DNA from: Ginglymostoma cirratum
Taxonomy: Eukaryota
Assembly: GCA_024137785.1 (NCBI GenBank)
Contig: JAHRHZ010000282.1
Span: forward strand, 248,001-312,000
Length of the DNA: 64,000 nt
Direction of reading: 5' to 3'
Below the pieces are notes generated by a model. The model did no database searches, had not been told where the DNA came from, and was given only the letters and a program-made list of their open reading frames with translations. A program made the position numbers and the translations under genes. Positions 13,101 to 26,460 of this stretch are shown in pieces; positions within the stretch are counted from its first letter, which is position 1; every line of letters begins with the position of its first letter.

Positions 13101-14940
13101 CCATCGCAGATTGGCCACTTCGCACTCCTGGGTAAAGTTGGGTGTAATGATTTGAAACTTGCCTTCAGCACTGACTTTCTGGCCTCCTCCAGTTTTGACT
13201 ATAGGGAGCTTGTCTGCACCTACCTCATGTGCACCAGATTAAGCATCATTAACGATTTCTTCGTGTCTGTCTAAAAATAAGTGCAAATTTCACATTGTTA
13301 GCAATTTGTCTACTTTCGGCTGGTTGATAATTTAGACTGGAATAATCTGAAAAAAAAACAATCATTTTGGATTCACTTTTCTCCAAAATTAATGTAATGT
13401 AACTTGGCAATGAAATGTGGGCCCTTGTTAATGTTGGGACAAGCCCTGATTTCATTGCACGAAATCTCTGGACTCTGCCTGTGTTGGTTTTTCACCTAGC
13501 CTTGAGTATTATTAAGCAATGAATAGTATCTGAGATTCATCTAGGATATTCTGCGTTTGCTTGCATTTTAACTGACTCTGATGATGTGGTACCAATTGCT
13601 TACACTAAGTGAATTTCAGCCAGCACTAATTCTATCAATGTTGTACTCGTCCCCATTATTATTTAACTTTTGCCAGCATCCTTGATTTGTCGGCATGGTC
13701 GTGTGAGTGTTTGTAAGGCCTGGTAATTGTTTCACGAATCCCTGTCTCCTTCTTCATCAATTTAGCTTTGGTCTGTTTCGGTGTTTCAACAAACCCTAAT
13801 TTAAACAAATCTGAATATTCCACCCCACTCCCTCGCACATTGCACATATGTCTGTGCCTCGGATTGTATTCTTCAAGGAGTGGAATATGGTTTTAATCAT
13901 CCCAATCTCCTTGACCTTCCATTGACCTCATACTGTGCAAATATTGCTGTGGTTCTTCAAGTTATATTGCTCTTTGGCATAATTGTACATGTTTGTCCTT
14001 TTTGATTATTATCGAGGTTCGATCTCACTTTCTATTCACAGAGTCTTTGAGTCATACAGCATAGATGCAGCCCCCTCAGTCCACCATGTCTACACCTATC
14101 ATGTTCTCAAACTAAACTTGTCCCACCTGCCTGCATTTGAAACATATCCATCCAAACCTTTCCTACTCATGAGCGTACCTAAATGTCTTTTCAACTTTGT
14201 AATTGTACCTGTATTCACCTGACGATTTTTGTCGAAGTCTGGGGCTCCTTGGGTAATTCCACAGACACCAGTCAACGGTCTGCTGCATAAAACTGTCTAT
14301 CTTTAAAAATTAATGATGTCTCAAGTTTTGCCGCATTAATTCCTGTTTCTGCTTATGCAAAAATCCGAGTATTAACAGTTGTTGCAAACTAGACGGTATC
14401 ATTTTTTCATTACACAGGCATCATGTTAATTTAATAATAGTGTGAAAGAGACACAATGCTACGTAAGTGTTTATAGCTGAATTGTTTTAAGCATTGATTT
14501 GGCGCTGGGAAAATCTCCATGTCTGGACGATCAGAAACTATTTTGTACAATAGAGGAATGAAACAAAATAAATATTCTTTTTCAATTGCTTGTTTCCAAC
14601 GGCATTGACTCAGAGCAAAATGCATCTTTCCCTGCGCTGTCGCATGAAAAATAGATGCAGGATACGAAACAGGAGACAGCTACAGGATAAGTTCTCGGAT
14701 AACTTTCTGATCAAAGTTTCATAGAAAATTACAGCTCTGGTCAAGCACCGGGATATTTTGTTTTGGGCAGGGCTGATTATGTAAAAAATTGTGGAAACAG
14801 GACTCGTTGCTGTAAAAAATTATAATTCTTTAAATTGCACATGTTTGACGCATTTTAGTCACATATTGAAATGTTCTTCTTGCCTTGAATTCGATTCCAC
14901 AGTTGCTGTCTTGTCGTGTCCTCAATCCTCGGAACGAATA

Positions 14941-15143
14941 AGTTCTTGTACAGCCTCATACTTTTTGTTTCGTTGTGTTTCACGGCACTGTAATACATCG
15001 AAGCATCTGACAGCTGGGCTGTGTTAATAGTGAGAGTGGTGGAGTCTTTCTCACCATTCGCAGATACTTTAAACATTGCTTCAATGTTTTTATCCTTAAA
15101 TGTGAAGACGATGTATTCAGGAGCGTGATTGGTGAACTGACTT
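14941..15143 (-). pseudogene. TCR V segment 3' fragment with degenerate RSS, 5' part displaced by a SINE
   Basis: QFTNHAPEYIVF...DSTTLTINTAQLSDASMYYSAVK (YYC->YYS), then CACAACG + 21 nt + ACAAGAACT. Confidence 0.8.
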
Positions 15144-15440
15144 ACAGCGCCAGGGACGTGGGCTCAATTTAGGCCTCGGGTGACTCTCTGTGTCGAGTTT
15201 GCGCATTCTCCCCCTGTCTGCATGGGTTCTCTGGTTTCCTCCCACAGTCCAAAGTTGTGCAGGTTACGTGGATTTGCCATGCTAAATTGCCCTTGGCGCC
15301 CAGGCGTGTTTAGGTTAGATGGATTAGACAAGGGAAATGTCGGGGTGGGGAAATGGGTTTGGGTGGGATGCTCTTTGGAGGGGCGGCGTGGACTTGTTGG
15401 GCTGAATGGCCTGTTTCCACACTGTCGCGTTTCTATAATT
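15144..15440 (+). mobile_element. tRNA-derived shark SINE
   Basis: Starts acagcgccagggacgtgggctcaatt (B-box-like) and ends in a CR1-like 3' tail (gcctgtttccacactgt...ttcta). Truncates the adjacent V. Confidence 0.7.
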
Positions 15441-15689
15441 CAATCTATCTATTACTTATGTTGCATATATCTCTGTCATGGTATGCTAAAAGCAAAGATA
15501 TTTTTATTTCCATCACTTTATTTTAAATGTAAGATACTTCCCACACTTTGTCTAGAATAAAAAGGTTTTGTAGCTTCATCCCAATGGACGCTTCAGGAAT
15601 AGAAAGCGAGTTTTTGCAATATCTCTGTCGTTTGTAATACTGAGCTGATAGAAAATGTTAAATGTGCCAGCAGAGACACGGCACTGCCA

Positions 15690-16009
15690 AGATATTGCAC
15701 AACGGGTTTCACATTTTGTCTCACTGTGCCTGCTTTGCACAGTCGTACATTATGTCATCGAGATCATGGTGCCATCTGCACAGATGACGTTGGACGTATT
15801 TGATTGGTGAATGGACAGCGTGTGGCGGTCAAGAGACTCGTTGCCCTGGTGTATGGAACCGATCAATGTCAGAGGCCCTGTCATTGTTTGACTGTACCAG
15901 GCTACCGTGTCTGTCGTACCAAGGGAGAGATGCCAGTCCAGTTCAACACGGTCGCATTCTATAGATGCGAACTGATATATCTGTCTGCTTTGATCCTCAC
16001 ACTGGACAG
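15690..16009 (-). pseudogene. TCR V segment pseudogene with 23-RSS
   Basis: AVQCEDQSRQ...VELDWHL...VAWYSQ..., then after a frameshift DDIMYDCAK. RSS is CACAGTG (15728-15722) + 23 nt + GCAATATCT (15698-15690). Confidence 0.8.
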
Positions 16010-17136
16010 CTGCAATAAAAGAAACGTCACTCAAACAGTAGGAGATATTACGGGATTGGTAAAACAAGGCATCTGGTTAGAAGAATAACGTCACAAAACA
16101 TCAAGAACATCAGAGCTCCAACTGGAAAAAGGTCATTGCAGTTCTTTGTGTTCATGACGAGGAAAACAGACAGGAGGCGAATAAATCAGTCTCTGGTTTC
16201 TGGACCAGGACGCCCTGCTGAGAACAAAACTCTCAATGATGGTGATGGGGAAGCAGAGAGGAGAACTTTAGATTCTCTTGATCCAGAGAGATTCTGAATG
16301 ATGGAATCTTCAACAACAGATTATTATGCTACATTGTCACAAGACCTCATTTCGCATCATACTCAGTGGCTGGTATGCTCCAAATGTGGAGCCTTTGAAA
16401 AAACAAAGGAAAAAACAAGCTCTCTCTCTCTCTCTCTATGTCTACCCCACCTGTCTTTCTCTTTGTCTACTTCTCTGTTTATCTCACACTCACTTCTCTC
16501 TCACTGTAGGATAGCGGATTCAATTCTACATGCAGTAATGATCTCCGTCATATTTCCAACTGAAATAGTCATTGCCATTTTGGAATTATTGAGCCTGATG
16601 TAAATTGTTGTTTTTTCTTGAATAGCTGTCACAGAATCCCTGAAAACTTTCACTGCCTTGCCTTTAATTATGTGCTTGCTGACTGTTCCCTTTCCTAACT
16701 TACCCAGTCCATATTTGGTTTCCTTTCCCTATGGCTTTAGTAATTATTACCTTTTCCGATTTAAAGAAACAGAAAGAACATTTATCGATGGACTTTGAAC
16801 TGGTAGTCTAAGTGTAAACTCCACAATGGCATTCACGTTACCTGCTGGTTGAATTGGTCTAATCTGTCAAACTGTGTATTCACTCCCAGGATTACTTGTA
16901 TAGTGCTCATTGCCAAACATTTTACTGCAGAGAGGATGCATATTTCAGCGAGACGTTTATCAGGGACAGTGATGGAGGTAAAAAAGATACAGACAAAGAG
17001 GCACTGAGAAAACCAAAGAAATAATCAGACGATATTAAAGTCTTCAGTTTTTTTTTGATTGGTGTGCAGCTGTCATTTGTTCTGACAGAGCAGCCAATTC
17101 AGTCTCTGGGAGGCACCTGTCAGTAAACCAGGCACC

Positions 17137-17600
17137 ATGTCCTGTTTATATTATTTACAGATATAAATGATGGTGCTAACTGGTGAGTTTGCTTTAAATA
17201 GTTTGCGTGTCTTTCAGGCGTTATATTTACACTATGACTGCTGAGACATGGTGCTTGCACTTTCAGGCACTAGTTACAGTGACTCACTGTCGCAAACTCC
17301 GCCTGATGTAACAGTACAGGAGGTAGAGAGCTTAAAACTAGACTGCCGTTAATCGATGATGACGCTGCCGGAGCCTGTCGTGATACTTTCAGTGTTTCCT
17401 GAAAACTCAGATATTTACTGAAGTTACACAGAGTTGAGGATGAACACACGCCTAGAGAATTAAAAGACATTTTTTCACAAAGAAAATAAACCCGTTCCCT
17501 TAAGTAACTATAGGTCTTTTGTCTGTGAAAGTTTTGATTATTTGTCTCTTTTGAAGTTCTTACTCTGCTCCAGCGTAACAGCGGACACTGCACAAAAGCC
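17137..17600 (+). pseudogene. Decayed TCR V segment (leader 17137-17182, V exon from 17267)
   Basis: Leader with an internal stop and a GTGAGT donor. After TTTCAG the exon reads TSYSDSLSQTPPDVTVQEVESLKLDC...LRYLLK with stops and frameshifts. Nonamer-like ACAAAAGCC at 17592; heptamer decayed. Confidence 0.7.
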
Positions 17601-18569
17601 AATCCTCAGAGTCCCAGCTAGTGTCCACTAGAGGGCCCCCTCAATCTGATTAGCCGAGGAATTTCTCAGCCTCCACAGTGAGTCTCAGGAACCTTCCGAA
17701 AAATCACAGCAGAAAACAAGACTCAACAGAGATAGGCGGGAAGCACTCGCAATTTTATATTCATTGATTTTATTTATCACTTGCCATTAACAGATTTTCA
17801 TCAATCTATTCGATCACTTTCGATGACATTTGATTCTTGTTTCTGTTTTCGTGCTCCCAACCATTTTATGCAGCAATACCCCATCTCCACTGAAGGTTTT
17901 GTGGACACTTTGACGCCATCCTGTTCACGACGTTTAGTTGATCTGAGCCTGTTGCTCGATCAGAAACTGCTTATACACAGTCATCAGATTGTACAATGGA
18001 GTGACTGTGATACCTATAACAAAAGCCATAGGCAGATGATCTTCAGTGATCACTGATCTTCAATAATGCTCCCATATTACTGGACCGTTCCATTTCAGGG
18101 TTAGAAATCTGGATTTTGCGCATGACGATTAACAAATGCGGATATCAGCAACACTCATCTTTACCCTGTTCTCTAGCCTCAGGACAGCAATTGAAACTCT
18201 GCTTATCACATTGCCATTCAAGTGTAGTCAGCTTCCCACTGAAGATTTCCCAGTCCTAGAGAGGCACAGGAATCGACTCGAGGACTTCCTGAGACATGGC
18301 AGCAAATAATAGAAGGTGGAAACGAGAGCCGTTCTCCTCACATCTGGTTTTCTGATTGATCGATCAGGCTGAGTGAATGCTGCACATCATTTTCAGACTT
18401 GCTTCAGGAACAGTCCTGTGATTGTTCGAAATTGTGTTAATTTGAATACAGGATATTGTTGCATTGAGCAGCTGCCAGCGGATTGAACATTGTAACTACA
18501 TCCGCCCATGATTCCACAAAACACGCCTAAAGACTGGAGATCTCCCCACGTCAGGTCCAAATTCCTGAC

Positions 18570-18832
18570 GGAAAGGGCTGTCTTCCACGCCTCAGAGATT
18601 TGTAAAAGACAGAAACTGCAGTTGAGGTGGAGAAGCAAAATTCCAATCGAGGTTTGGAGCTCGAACTGTTTTTCCTGAGCCACTTCTGTGATTTATATAT
18701 ACTGATTCTGGCTGTTGATAACACTCGCGTAAAATATTGTCACTCATTATGTATACAGCTTGGAGACAGGCTTCTCCTTCTGCATCAACATCTGAGAGTA
18801 ACAGCTGAGTCACCAAATCGCCATGGCACAGA
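18570..18832 (-). pseudogene. Decayed TCR V segment
   Basis: LCHGDLVTQ...AEGEA...CYQQP...GSGKTVRAPNL...SFTNL*GVEDS follows V-domain framework spacing. Cys/Trp are lost and no clear RSS is present. Confidence 0.55.
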
Positions 18833-21156
18833 TATTGAGAAAAAACAGGTTTGAACAAAAAACATGAAGGGAGTGATGAGTGCTCAAAAATCGGATTTGA
18901 ACAATTTGGAAAACAATGTTTTGTTAACTATGACCTATGACCTATTCACACAAAACATTCAGAGGCAAGATATCTCCAGGACATTGATGACAAATTGCTT
19001 ATTTCATTTACACCGGAGTCTCACTGTCTCACTTCTAGAAATATTCATCATCTATAGAATGACGATAGTTGTCATTTGGATTTATTCCACTGACCTATAG
19101 ACAGGGTGAATTTTTCCAGATTCAACTCCGCGTGAGATTTTCTCCATCTTTTAATCTAAAATGGGAATTCTGCAATTCATTATTCTGTTTCATTCAGGAC
19201 AGCTGGAGGAACTTTACTGAAAAGAAAATACTGCGCAAGCATGGTGTTATGGGTCCACTACCCCTCAAGTTGTCACAGTGCTGGGGGGTCTGGCATCGCA
19301 TGTCAGCTCGAGCAGACCAGGTAAAGACTACAGCTTCCTTAACTAAAGGACTCTTTCGTGACAAACGATTCGTGATAATCATTAATTCTTAATCCTCACG
19401 TTTTTCTTGAGTTGAATTTCACCATGTCAGAACTTGAACCGGTCCCCCTGGATGAACAGATCAGTGACAATACACGAGGCCATCACATCCCTGCAGGGAT
19501 CTGACTTCGGCGAAACCCATATATATGAAGTCAGAGATGCTGACAGATAAGTTCGAGTTTGAGTTCCAAGATGCATGAAATGTTATCTGAAGACCTACAT
19601 TTTGAAATGGAAATTTTGTGGGGCCACAGGGATTTTTGAGTGGAATGGAACTAATGGACGTGTCGTGCATGAGGAATTTGAGTGCATACATTAACTTTGT
19701 AACAAGGTAATCTGCAGCAAAATGAAGGAGAGGGGCAGACAAATCGGGGGACTTGGGAATAGGACTAATGGCGATATGAAGAATTGCTTATCATGGATGG
19801 AAGACAGTGTGCTAAAATACTTGGTAATCCATTTTAATGAGTGTGACCAGCTCAGCATGTGACATTTAACTGAGCCTCAACTCTATTCGTCAGGCCCTCA
19901 AAAAATTTCTGCCGACATGTAAGAGTGAGATCGAAGCATCAGGTGCAAGACAACTTATTGAAGGCAGGGTTTTTTAATGGGTATCTTCAAATACCTGATT
20001 CCCTTGCTACACAGTGGATAATGCAATGCAGCCAGTCAGCATCTTGTTTAACTGTGGAGGAATTCTAACAGGTAAATATGAAAGAAATACAGTTCATATT
20101 TCTTTTCAAGTTGTATTTTGAACTTGCTCCATGCTGACAGTATGGTTTCTTCTCTTGACTTATTTCCTCATCTCGGCGAAATAAGGGCTTAAAATTGTGT
20201 TTGTCAATATCAATAAATACAAGAATGGGCAATCAAGTGGGGCACCTGCACGATTAGAAATGTTCACTTGTGTAAAAGAGAGCGAAACAGACAACCAGTG
20301 ACGGCCAGACGCGTAAATTAGCTCGTAAAAAAGCGTATAAAAGCTCAACTTTGACCAAAAATTTGGATTCTCCCTTTCTCAAAACTGTAAAATAAAATCC
20401 AGTAAAACGAATTGATGGTGGAAGAAACTATGAGTTCAACGAAGAATCCTGAAGAAGTGACACTGAGCTCAATTTTCTCTCCACAGTTGTTGACAGATCT
20501 GCTGTGTTTCTCCAGAAAATCAATTTTTTTGTTGGTGCTTAATTGGAAAAAAAATCTATGAAGATAAAACAAAATTCTAATCCAAGGGTAATCAACAGGA
20601 GAAGGGAATGTAAAACGCACACAGTCAACAATAAAAAACTCACATCATTATCGATGACACAGTTCAAATACTTGGACTGTGCTGTAGGTCTTCTTTAGCA
20701 GCATGTTCCGTTGCAGAATTCGTGAAATAGAGAGTATGATGGATCGAAATGATAACCCTGAAAAATGAAAGAACGTCAAGAATGGAGACAAAAGTGAAAC
20801 AAGTCTGGAAGGAAGGGAATGAGTAAGCAATAGGAATGGATGGGAAAAAATAGAAAGAAAATAATCAGGAGGGAAAGAAATGAATCAACAAATGCTAGCA
20901 GGACGAGACAAGTGGGGATTGAAAACAGGGAAGGTGGACAGAAATCCCGTGTTCACCTTTGGTCCAGCAGTCAAGCGTTTCCAATAGTTCTGCGTTCCCT
21001 CAGTATGAGTAAAGCAGAAGAATGGGTTTTATATCCCTTTACGACTGGAACGCCTTTTTATCAGATTACTGAATCGAAAGTATATGGGAGAAGTGAACAC
21101 TGGGTCACTTTGGTGGGAAAAAAAAAACATATGTGAAAGGATTTTCCAACCTCATA

Positions 21157-22062
21157 TCATTTCAAGAAAATGGTGAGAGTGGCGACGGGGTATATCAGAA
21201 CTGTCTTCAGCTCCCCTCGAAACACACACAGAGACACCGCATAGATGAAGACGTTGTTGCAGGAATGAAGCAAACAAAATGGTTTACGTGTTTCTTGGAG
21301 GATGTATTGAGTGTCACTGAAATTCTGCCCACCGAAGTAACATTCAGCTTTAAGTCGCGTGTAAATAAAATGTCCGACAAGGAGGGACCAGAGGAGGAGG
21401 TAGCTCAGCGAGATGGAAAACAGCAGGACAATGGACCTCTTGTGGTTGGCCATTTCTGGGTATCGTCACTTCTCGGCGCCCCAGAGCTTCCTCAGTGTTC
21501 TGTTCACCACTGGATGGGTCTTATTGTGAGGAAGTTACGCAGCAGGAAGAGGAAGAACAAGACAAAAGGAGTAATGATGTGAAAGAAACAACCATAAGCC
21601 TGACAAGCTGGCCAGATGTAGAAATTGGCTTTGAAACTGCAAAACCAGGGTGTCTCGTCCAAAATGAAAATGGACTGGAATGCAAACTAGTGAAGGGATG
21701 TTCTTGATATAGCTCAGGGCACAGATCTGTACAATGATCAGTGATGCAGTTTTCTTGCAGTCTCTGGTTTCCAGCCTCTGGTGGCAGATGATCATCAAAC
21801 TGTCAATGGCAAGGGCGACTGTCAGCCCGAAACGGAATCAATGGTGGAATAGACCATCAAGACGTTGAGAGCACACACAGTCGTGATGGGCAACATACTT
21901 TCCCTGATGATGATTCAGCTGATTCGGTTGACGATGACTGTGGTGACAAGGATGCTTGTGATGACAAGGAAATCACTCACTGTGATCGTCACCAGGAAGT
22001 AAGTGATGCAACGGGAGAGACCGCACCATCATCATGTTGGATGAGGAACCAAATACAAGCTC
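21157..22062 (-). pseudogene. Third GPR139-like GPCR pseudogene (main exon; more divergent)
   Basis: DPEMANHKRSIVLLFSISLSYLLLW...DTQYILQET...HSCNNVFIYAVS matches TM6-TM7 of the intact copy. TM2-TM5 remnants have many frameshifts. Exon 1 not confidently located. Confidence 0.85.
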
Positions 22063-23524
22063 ATTGTGAGTTAGATAGATATTAGTGAGACAGATATTAA
22101 GAGACAGATATTAGTGAGCTCACTCCAAACACTGGCTGCTATCTCCTGCAAACTTTTACAATCCCCCAAAATTACATTGCCCCTTCTAGTCTCCGCCTAT
22201 TTTGTATCTGTTCACAAGTGTTGGATATTCAATGCAGCTTAACACAACTTTATAACACATCTGTTCTTGCGATCAGACCTGGGAATAGATATTCTCTGGT
22301 CACCAAGTAAATGCCAGTGGCAACTTGGCCAATTCAGGATATATGGAACAGTGTGGTGCCCAAGAACTAACATATGCCAAGCACCAGCCATCCTTCAAAC
22401 CATAACACGGTGACCAAAATTGGCTTCACGCCAGTGATGTATCAAACTTTACAATCTCATGTTTCTCAATTGCAAAAGCTCCAGCGTCTCTCCACAACCA
22501 TTCCAGTAATATCAAAAAACTGTCTGAAACCTCATTTTAGCTTCTGTTCTGTTTCCCTCGTATCCCTCACATTGGCACTTCTAACGAGATTTAATGAGGA
22601 AAGCCCTAATCGTTGGAATTATCACTTCAGCTGCTCCGCTTCTGTCACCTCCTTTCAGACGTTCCTTTGATCAAACATTTTGACAATATTTCATATTCTT
22701 CGGACTAAATTGGTTTTCTAAATTCTTCTGGTGTTTTATACTTGCGGTGAATTGGCTCTAGACGAATGTGCATTTTCTGGCTTTTATTTAAAATACAAAT
22801 ATCCAAAATTGTGAAACTTCGCAGCAGATTAAAAGTCTTGCGTCTTTGGACTAAACTCTAATTAATTTCAAAGACTACATTAATAATGGTGCCGTCCATG
22901 AGGAACGCTATTATATCCTAACATGGAACGCACTGTACACTCATGTGATCACTGAATGCACGTTTACATGACAAACCATCTCATAAGATACGGTCACAAA
23001 GTAAATCATATTCAAATATTGCAATGAGACCCACGAAAAGTAGGCATTTTACAACAATGATAAACTTTTAATCCAACAATGGATTAAAACTCTCGTTTGC
23101 ATTTTACTGAATTGTAATGGAGCCTAATCTGTGACAATATTATAGTTTAATGTTCATGCAAATTCATTCAACACAATTGGTAGTTCAGCATCTAATCAAC
23201 AAATTTTCTGTAAATACAACACGTAAAAAATCAAGAGCAGCTTGCCTTTCATTACAATGAAATTGTAGTTAACGCACCATTATTTGGCATAACAAAAGTA
23301 GTATCCAATAAAGTAATATATGCACTGGAGACGTGTTGCAGTCCCTTAAAATCAAAACGTTGCATTTTGGAAAAACGCTGCCGAATCATGAAAGGGAAAG
23401 GAATAAATTTATAGAAATAGACAAATATGACAAGAATTTTCTGGAGCATCAGTGACTGACCAGGGGCCGGATTTACAGCGAGAATTGATTTGCAAATGCT
23501 AGAAAGGGGAACATGGACCGTTAC

Positions 23525-24848
23525 AGAGATAGTAGAAACTGCTGATGCTGGAGAATCTGAGATAACATGGTGTAGATCTGGATGAACACAGCAGGCCACG
23601 TAGCATCAGAGGAGCAGGAAAGCTGACGTTTCGGGTCTAGACCCTTCTTCAGAAATGGGGAAGGCGAAGGGGATTCTGAAACAAAGAAGGAGAGAGGGGG
23701 AGGCGAAGAGAAAATGGATAAAGTAGAAGCTATTTGCTGAGGAGACAGACCGGTCAAAGAGACGGGGTTGGAGCCAGTAAAGGTGATTTTAGGTGGGGAG
23801 TTTGGGAGGTGGTAGGTCGGTCCAGGGAGGATGGACAGGTCGAGGGGGGCGGGATGAGGCTCGTCGGTCGGAGATGGGGGGGGTGGGCTTGAGGTGGTAA
23901 GAGTGGATAGGTGGGAGGAAGTACAGGTTAGGGAGGCGGGGACGAGCTGGGCTTGTTTTCAGATGCGGTCAGGGGAGGGGAGATTTTGAAGCTATTGAAG
24001 TTCACATTGATACCATTGGGGGGGTGGGCGCAGGGTTCCCAAGCGAAATATGATGTACTGTTCCTGCAACCTTCGGGTGGCGTCGTTGTGGCACTGAAAG
24101 AGGCCCAGGATGGACTTGTTGTCCAAGGAGTGGGAGGCGGAGTCGAAATGGCGCGCAACTGGGAGGTACAGTTGTTTGTTGCGAATCGAGCAAAGGTGTT
24201 CCACAAAGCAGTCCCCAAAACTCTGCTTGTTTTCCCCGATGTAGAGGAGGCCACATTGGGAATATCGTTGCCTCCTCTACATTGGGGAAATCAAGCGGAG
24301 GCTTGGACCGCTTTGTGGAACACCTATGCTCAGTTCACAACAAACAACTGCACCTCCCTGTCACAAACCATTTCAAATATCCCTTCCACCCCTTGGACGA
24401 CAAGTCCATCCTGGGCCTCTGGCAGTGCCACCACGATGCCGCCCGAAGGTTGCAGGAACAGTATCTCATATTTCGCCTCCCTAACCTGTCCTCCCACCTA
24501 TCCACTCTTCCCACCTCAAGCTCCAACACCATCTCCTACCTGCGAGCCTCATCATGCCTCCTTGACCTGTCCGTCCTCCCTGGACTGACCTACCCCTCCC
24601 TAACTCCCTACCAACACTCACCTTGACAGGCTCCAACCCCGTGTCTTTGACGTGTCTGTCTCCTCTCCACTTATCTTCTCCTTTATCCATCTTCTATCTG
24701 TATCCCGCTTCTCTCCCTCTTTATTTCAGAATCCCCGTCCGTTCCCCCATTTCTGAAGAAGGGTTGAGACCCGAAATATCAGCTTTCCTGCTCCTCTGAT
24801 GCTGCTTGGCCTGCTGTGTTCATCCAGCTGTACACCTTGCTATCTCAG
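23525..24848. mobile_element. Penelope-like retroelement foldback (two inverted 3' ends)
   Basis: Left arm (minus) and right arm (plus) are reverse complements meeting near 24260. Both encode a GIY-YIG C-terminal-like peptide (EHLCS...LPVARHF...RRLQEQY.IFRLGTL.P). Confidence 0.8.
23622..23656 (-). ncRNA. Minimal hammerhead ribozyme core in a Penelope terminal repeat
   Basis: The minus strand reads CUGAAGA-A-GGGUCUAGACCC-GAAA-CGUC: hammerhead core boxes, a stem II hairpin, and a palindromic ACGU stem III with a GUC triplet. Stem I is weak. Confidence 0.6.
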
Positions 24849-25399
24849 GGAACAATGAGCATGTGCATCTTCGTTCAGACACAACTGGAGTAGCTGTCGT
24901 GGTAGACGTTTCTCTCAGCTACACTTCAAATGTGCTCTCACTTATTTTTTGTGATAGTCTTGCAATGGACAATTATGATAATAACATGAACCTTGCTCAC
25001 ATTTCGCTGAAGAAAGACGTTACCTTCCTGCTTCGGTCTTCCAACCAGGTGAATCATAGTATTCCACTTTTGGGACATTTGGGACATTTGGGTGTTTTAA
25101 ATTGTTTGGCTCATCCAACTCGCAAAATATGACGTTGTAATTTTATCATTGAGTCCGCTAACTGTCGACACTGAGCCAAGCCCTCTCTCAAAAGTTTCTG
25201 TTTCTGTTTTTCTGATATTTCCCAATTCGAATGTTATTTTAAGAGTCTATTTACTTCAGCATTTGCGTTCATAAATACATATTTTAGTGGCTAAGACTTC
25301 AAAACTGCTTAAATATTTCCAAAAATTTACAGTTGAACTTTTGGAAAACACAGTTATGAAACATGGGAGGTCAATATGGCAGGGATCACTAAACGCAAA

Positions 25400-26460
25400 G
25401 TTTTGTCACGTTAAATATGAAAACTCCTGGATTTGATTAGATCAATCACAAGTGCGGGAAGGGAGTTCAAGTGCTGAAGTTCGTGGTCAGAGCTTCTGGT
25501 GCAGAAACAGTTGACCAATGTCAATGTTTAATATAACGACCAAAGAGTAGTATCAGGTTAATGAATGATTGGAAGATGGCTGAAAATTAAAATACCAAAT
25601 TCATCGACAACACAGACATGGTTGATGCAATGCAGGAAGACTCATACTCCAGTGGAGTAGCAAATGAGATACAGCCAATGGCAATGTTCACAGTTACAGA
25701 CAGAGTGTAACATTACAAGTGGCATGTAATGCTGCAGGGACAATTAAAGCACCTCAGGGTGCAATATGGACCCAGATAGAGCCGAATGCAGTAACCGACA
25801 TTTGATTGTATCATGCCATTGACACAGTTTGGAGAAAGAACAAATAAATAGGACCCGATTTGATAGAAGTAGAGACACGGTACAACTTATTGTAAACAGA
25901 TACAGGGTGCAGAGTAATATCAGCAAAATATGACCTAAGCGATACAGCGAAATTAAGTGCGAACAATGGCTCATCTGTCATAGTACTATCTGATGCAGCG
26001 TGCAGTCTCATTGGAAATAAATTGATCGACAGTTTGAGCGATGGTCAGTTGTTACACAAATATTAATAGGATCACGTGCATTTATTAATTGTGCGGTCAG
26101 TCTGTTTATCAAGGGAGCACGGATTAGTCCAAAGACAACAACCGTGGACTGGTGAAACCTAAAGTGGAACAGATCATACATATGTGTATAATAAGTTAGA
26201 TCGAGTCCGACAAAAGCCTGGGCGCATCAACGTTATAACACTGGCATCAAAGGAGATAGAACTTGTAAAATAATGCTTAGTGCCTGGTAAAGTACACTGG
26301 AGGCACAGCCATAACAGTACATTGAGTTGACAGACGTTAGCAAAATAAGAATGAGGACTGGCAACTCACTAAGTAAGAGAGAGCCACATCTATAATTCAA
26401 AATATTTACGTTTGTTCCTATACTAATCAAAATTTGTGAACAGACCAAAAGAAGCTCACT
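25400..26460 (+). mobile_element. Possible highly decayed LTR-retrotransposon pol (RNase H-like) remnant
   Basis: Faint motif resemblance only; no open frame. Confidence 0.25.

Larger units (their letters stand above)
1..13890 (+). repeat. Segmental duplication copy A (TCR V + GPR139-like GPCR module); direct repeat of ~50850-64000
   Basis: Colinear diverged matches throughout, e.g. 61 ttctgacttggaaatagatc vs ~50910 tcctgacttggaaatatatt; V segments at 2534 and 53467; GPCRs at 10016 and 60014; ~13850 tgcctcggattgtattcttcaagg vs ~63958 tgcctcagattgtgttcttcaagg. Both copies run to the window edges. Confidence 0.93.

Noticed and set aside
19461-19742. ORF with faint V-framework-3 flavour
   Set aside because: Lacks the canonical residues and an RSS.
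23255-23340. Candidate exon 1 of the third GPCR pseudogene
   Set aside because: Weak similarity; no ATG or splice donor.
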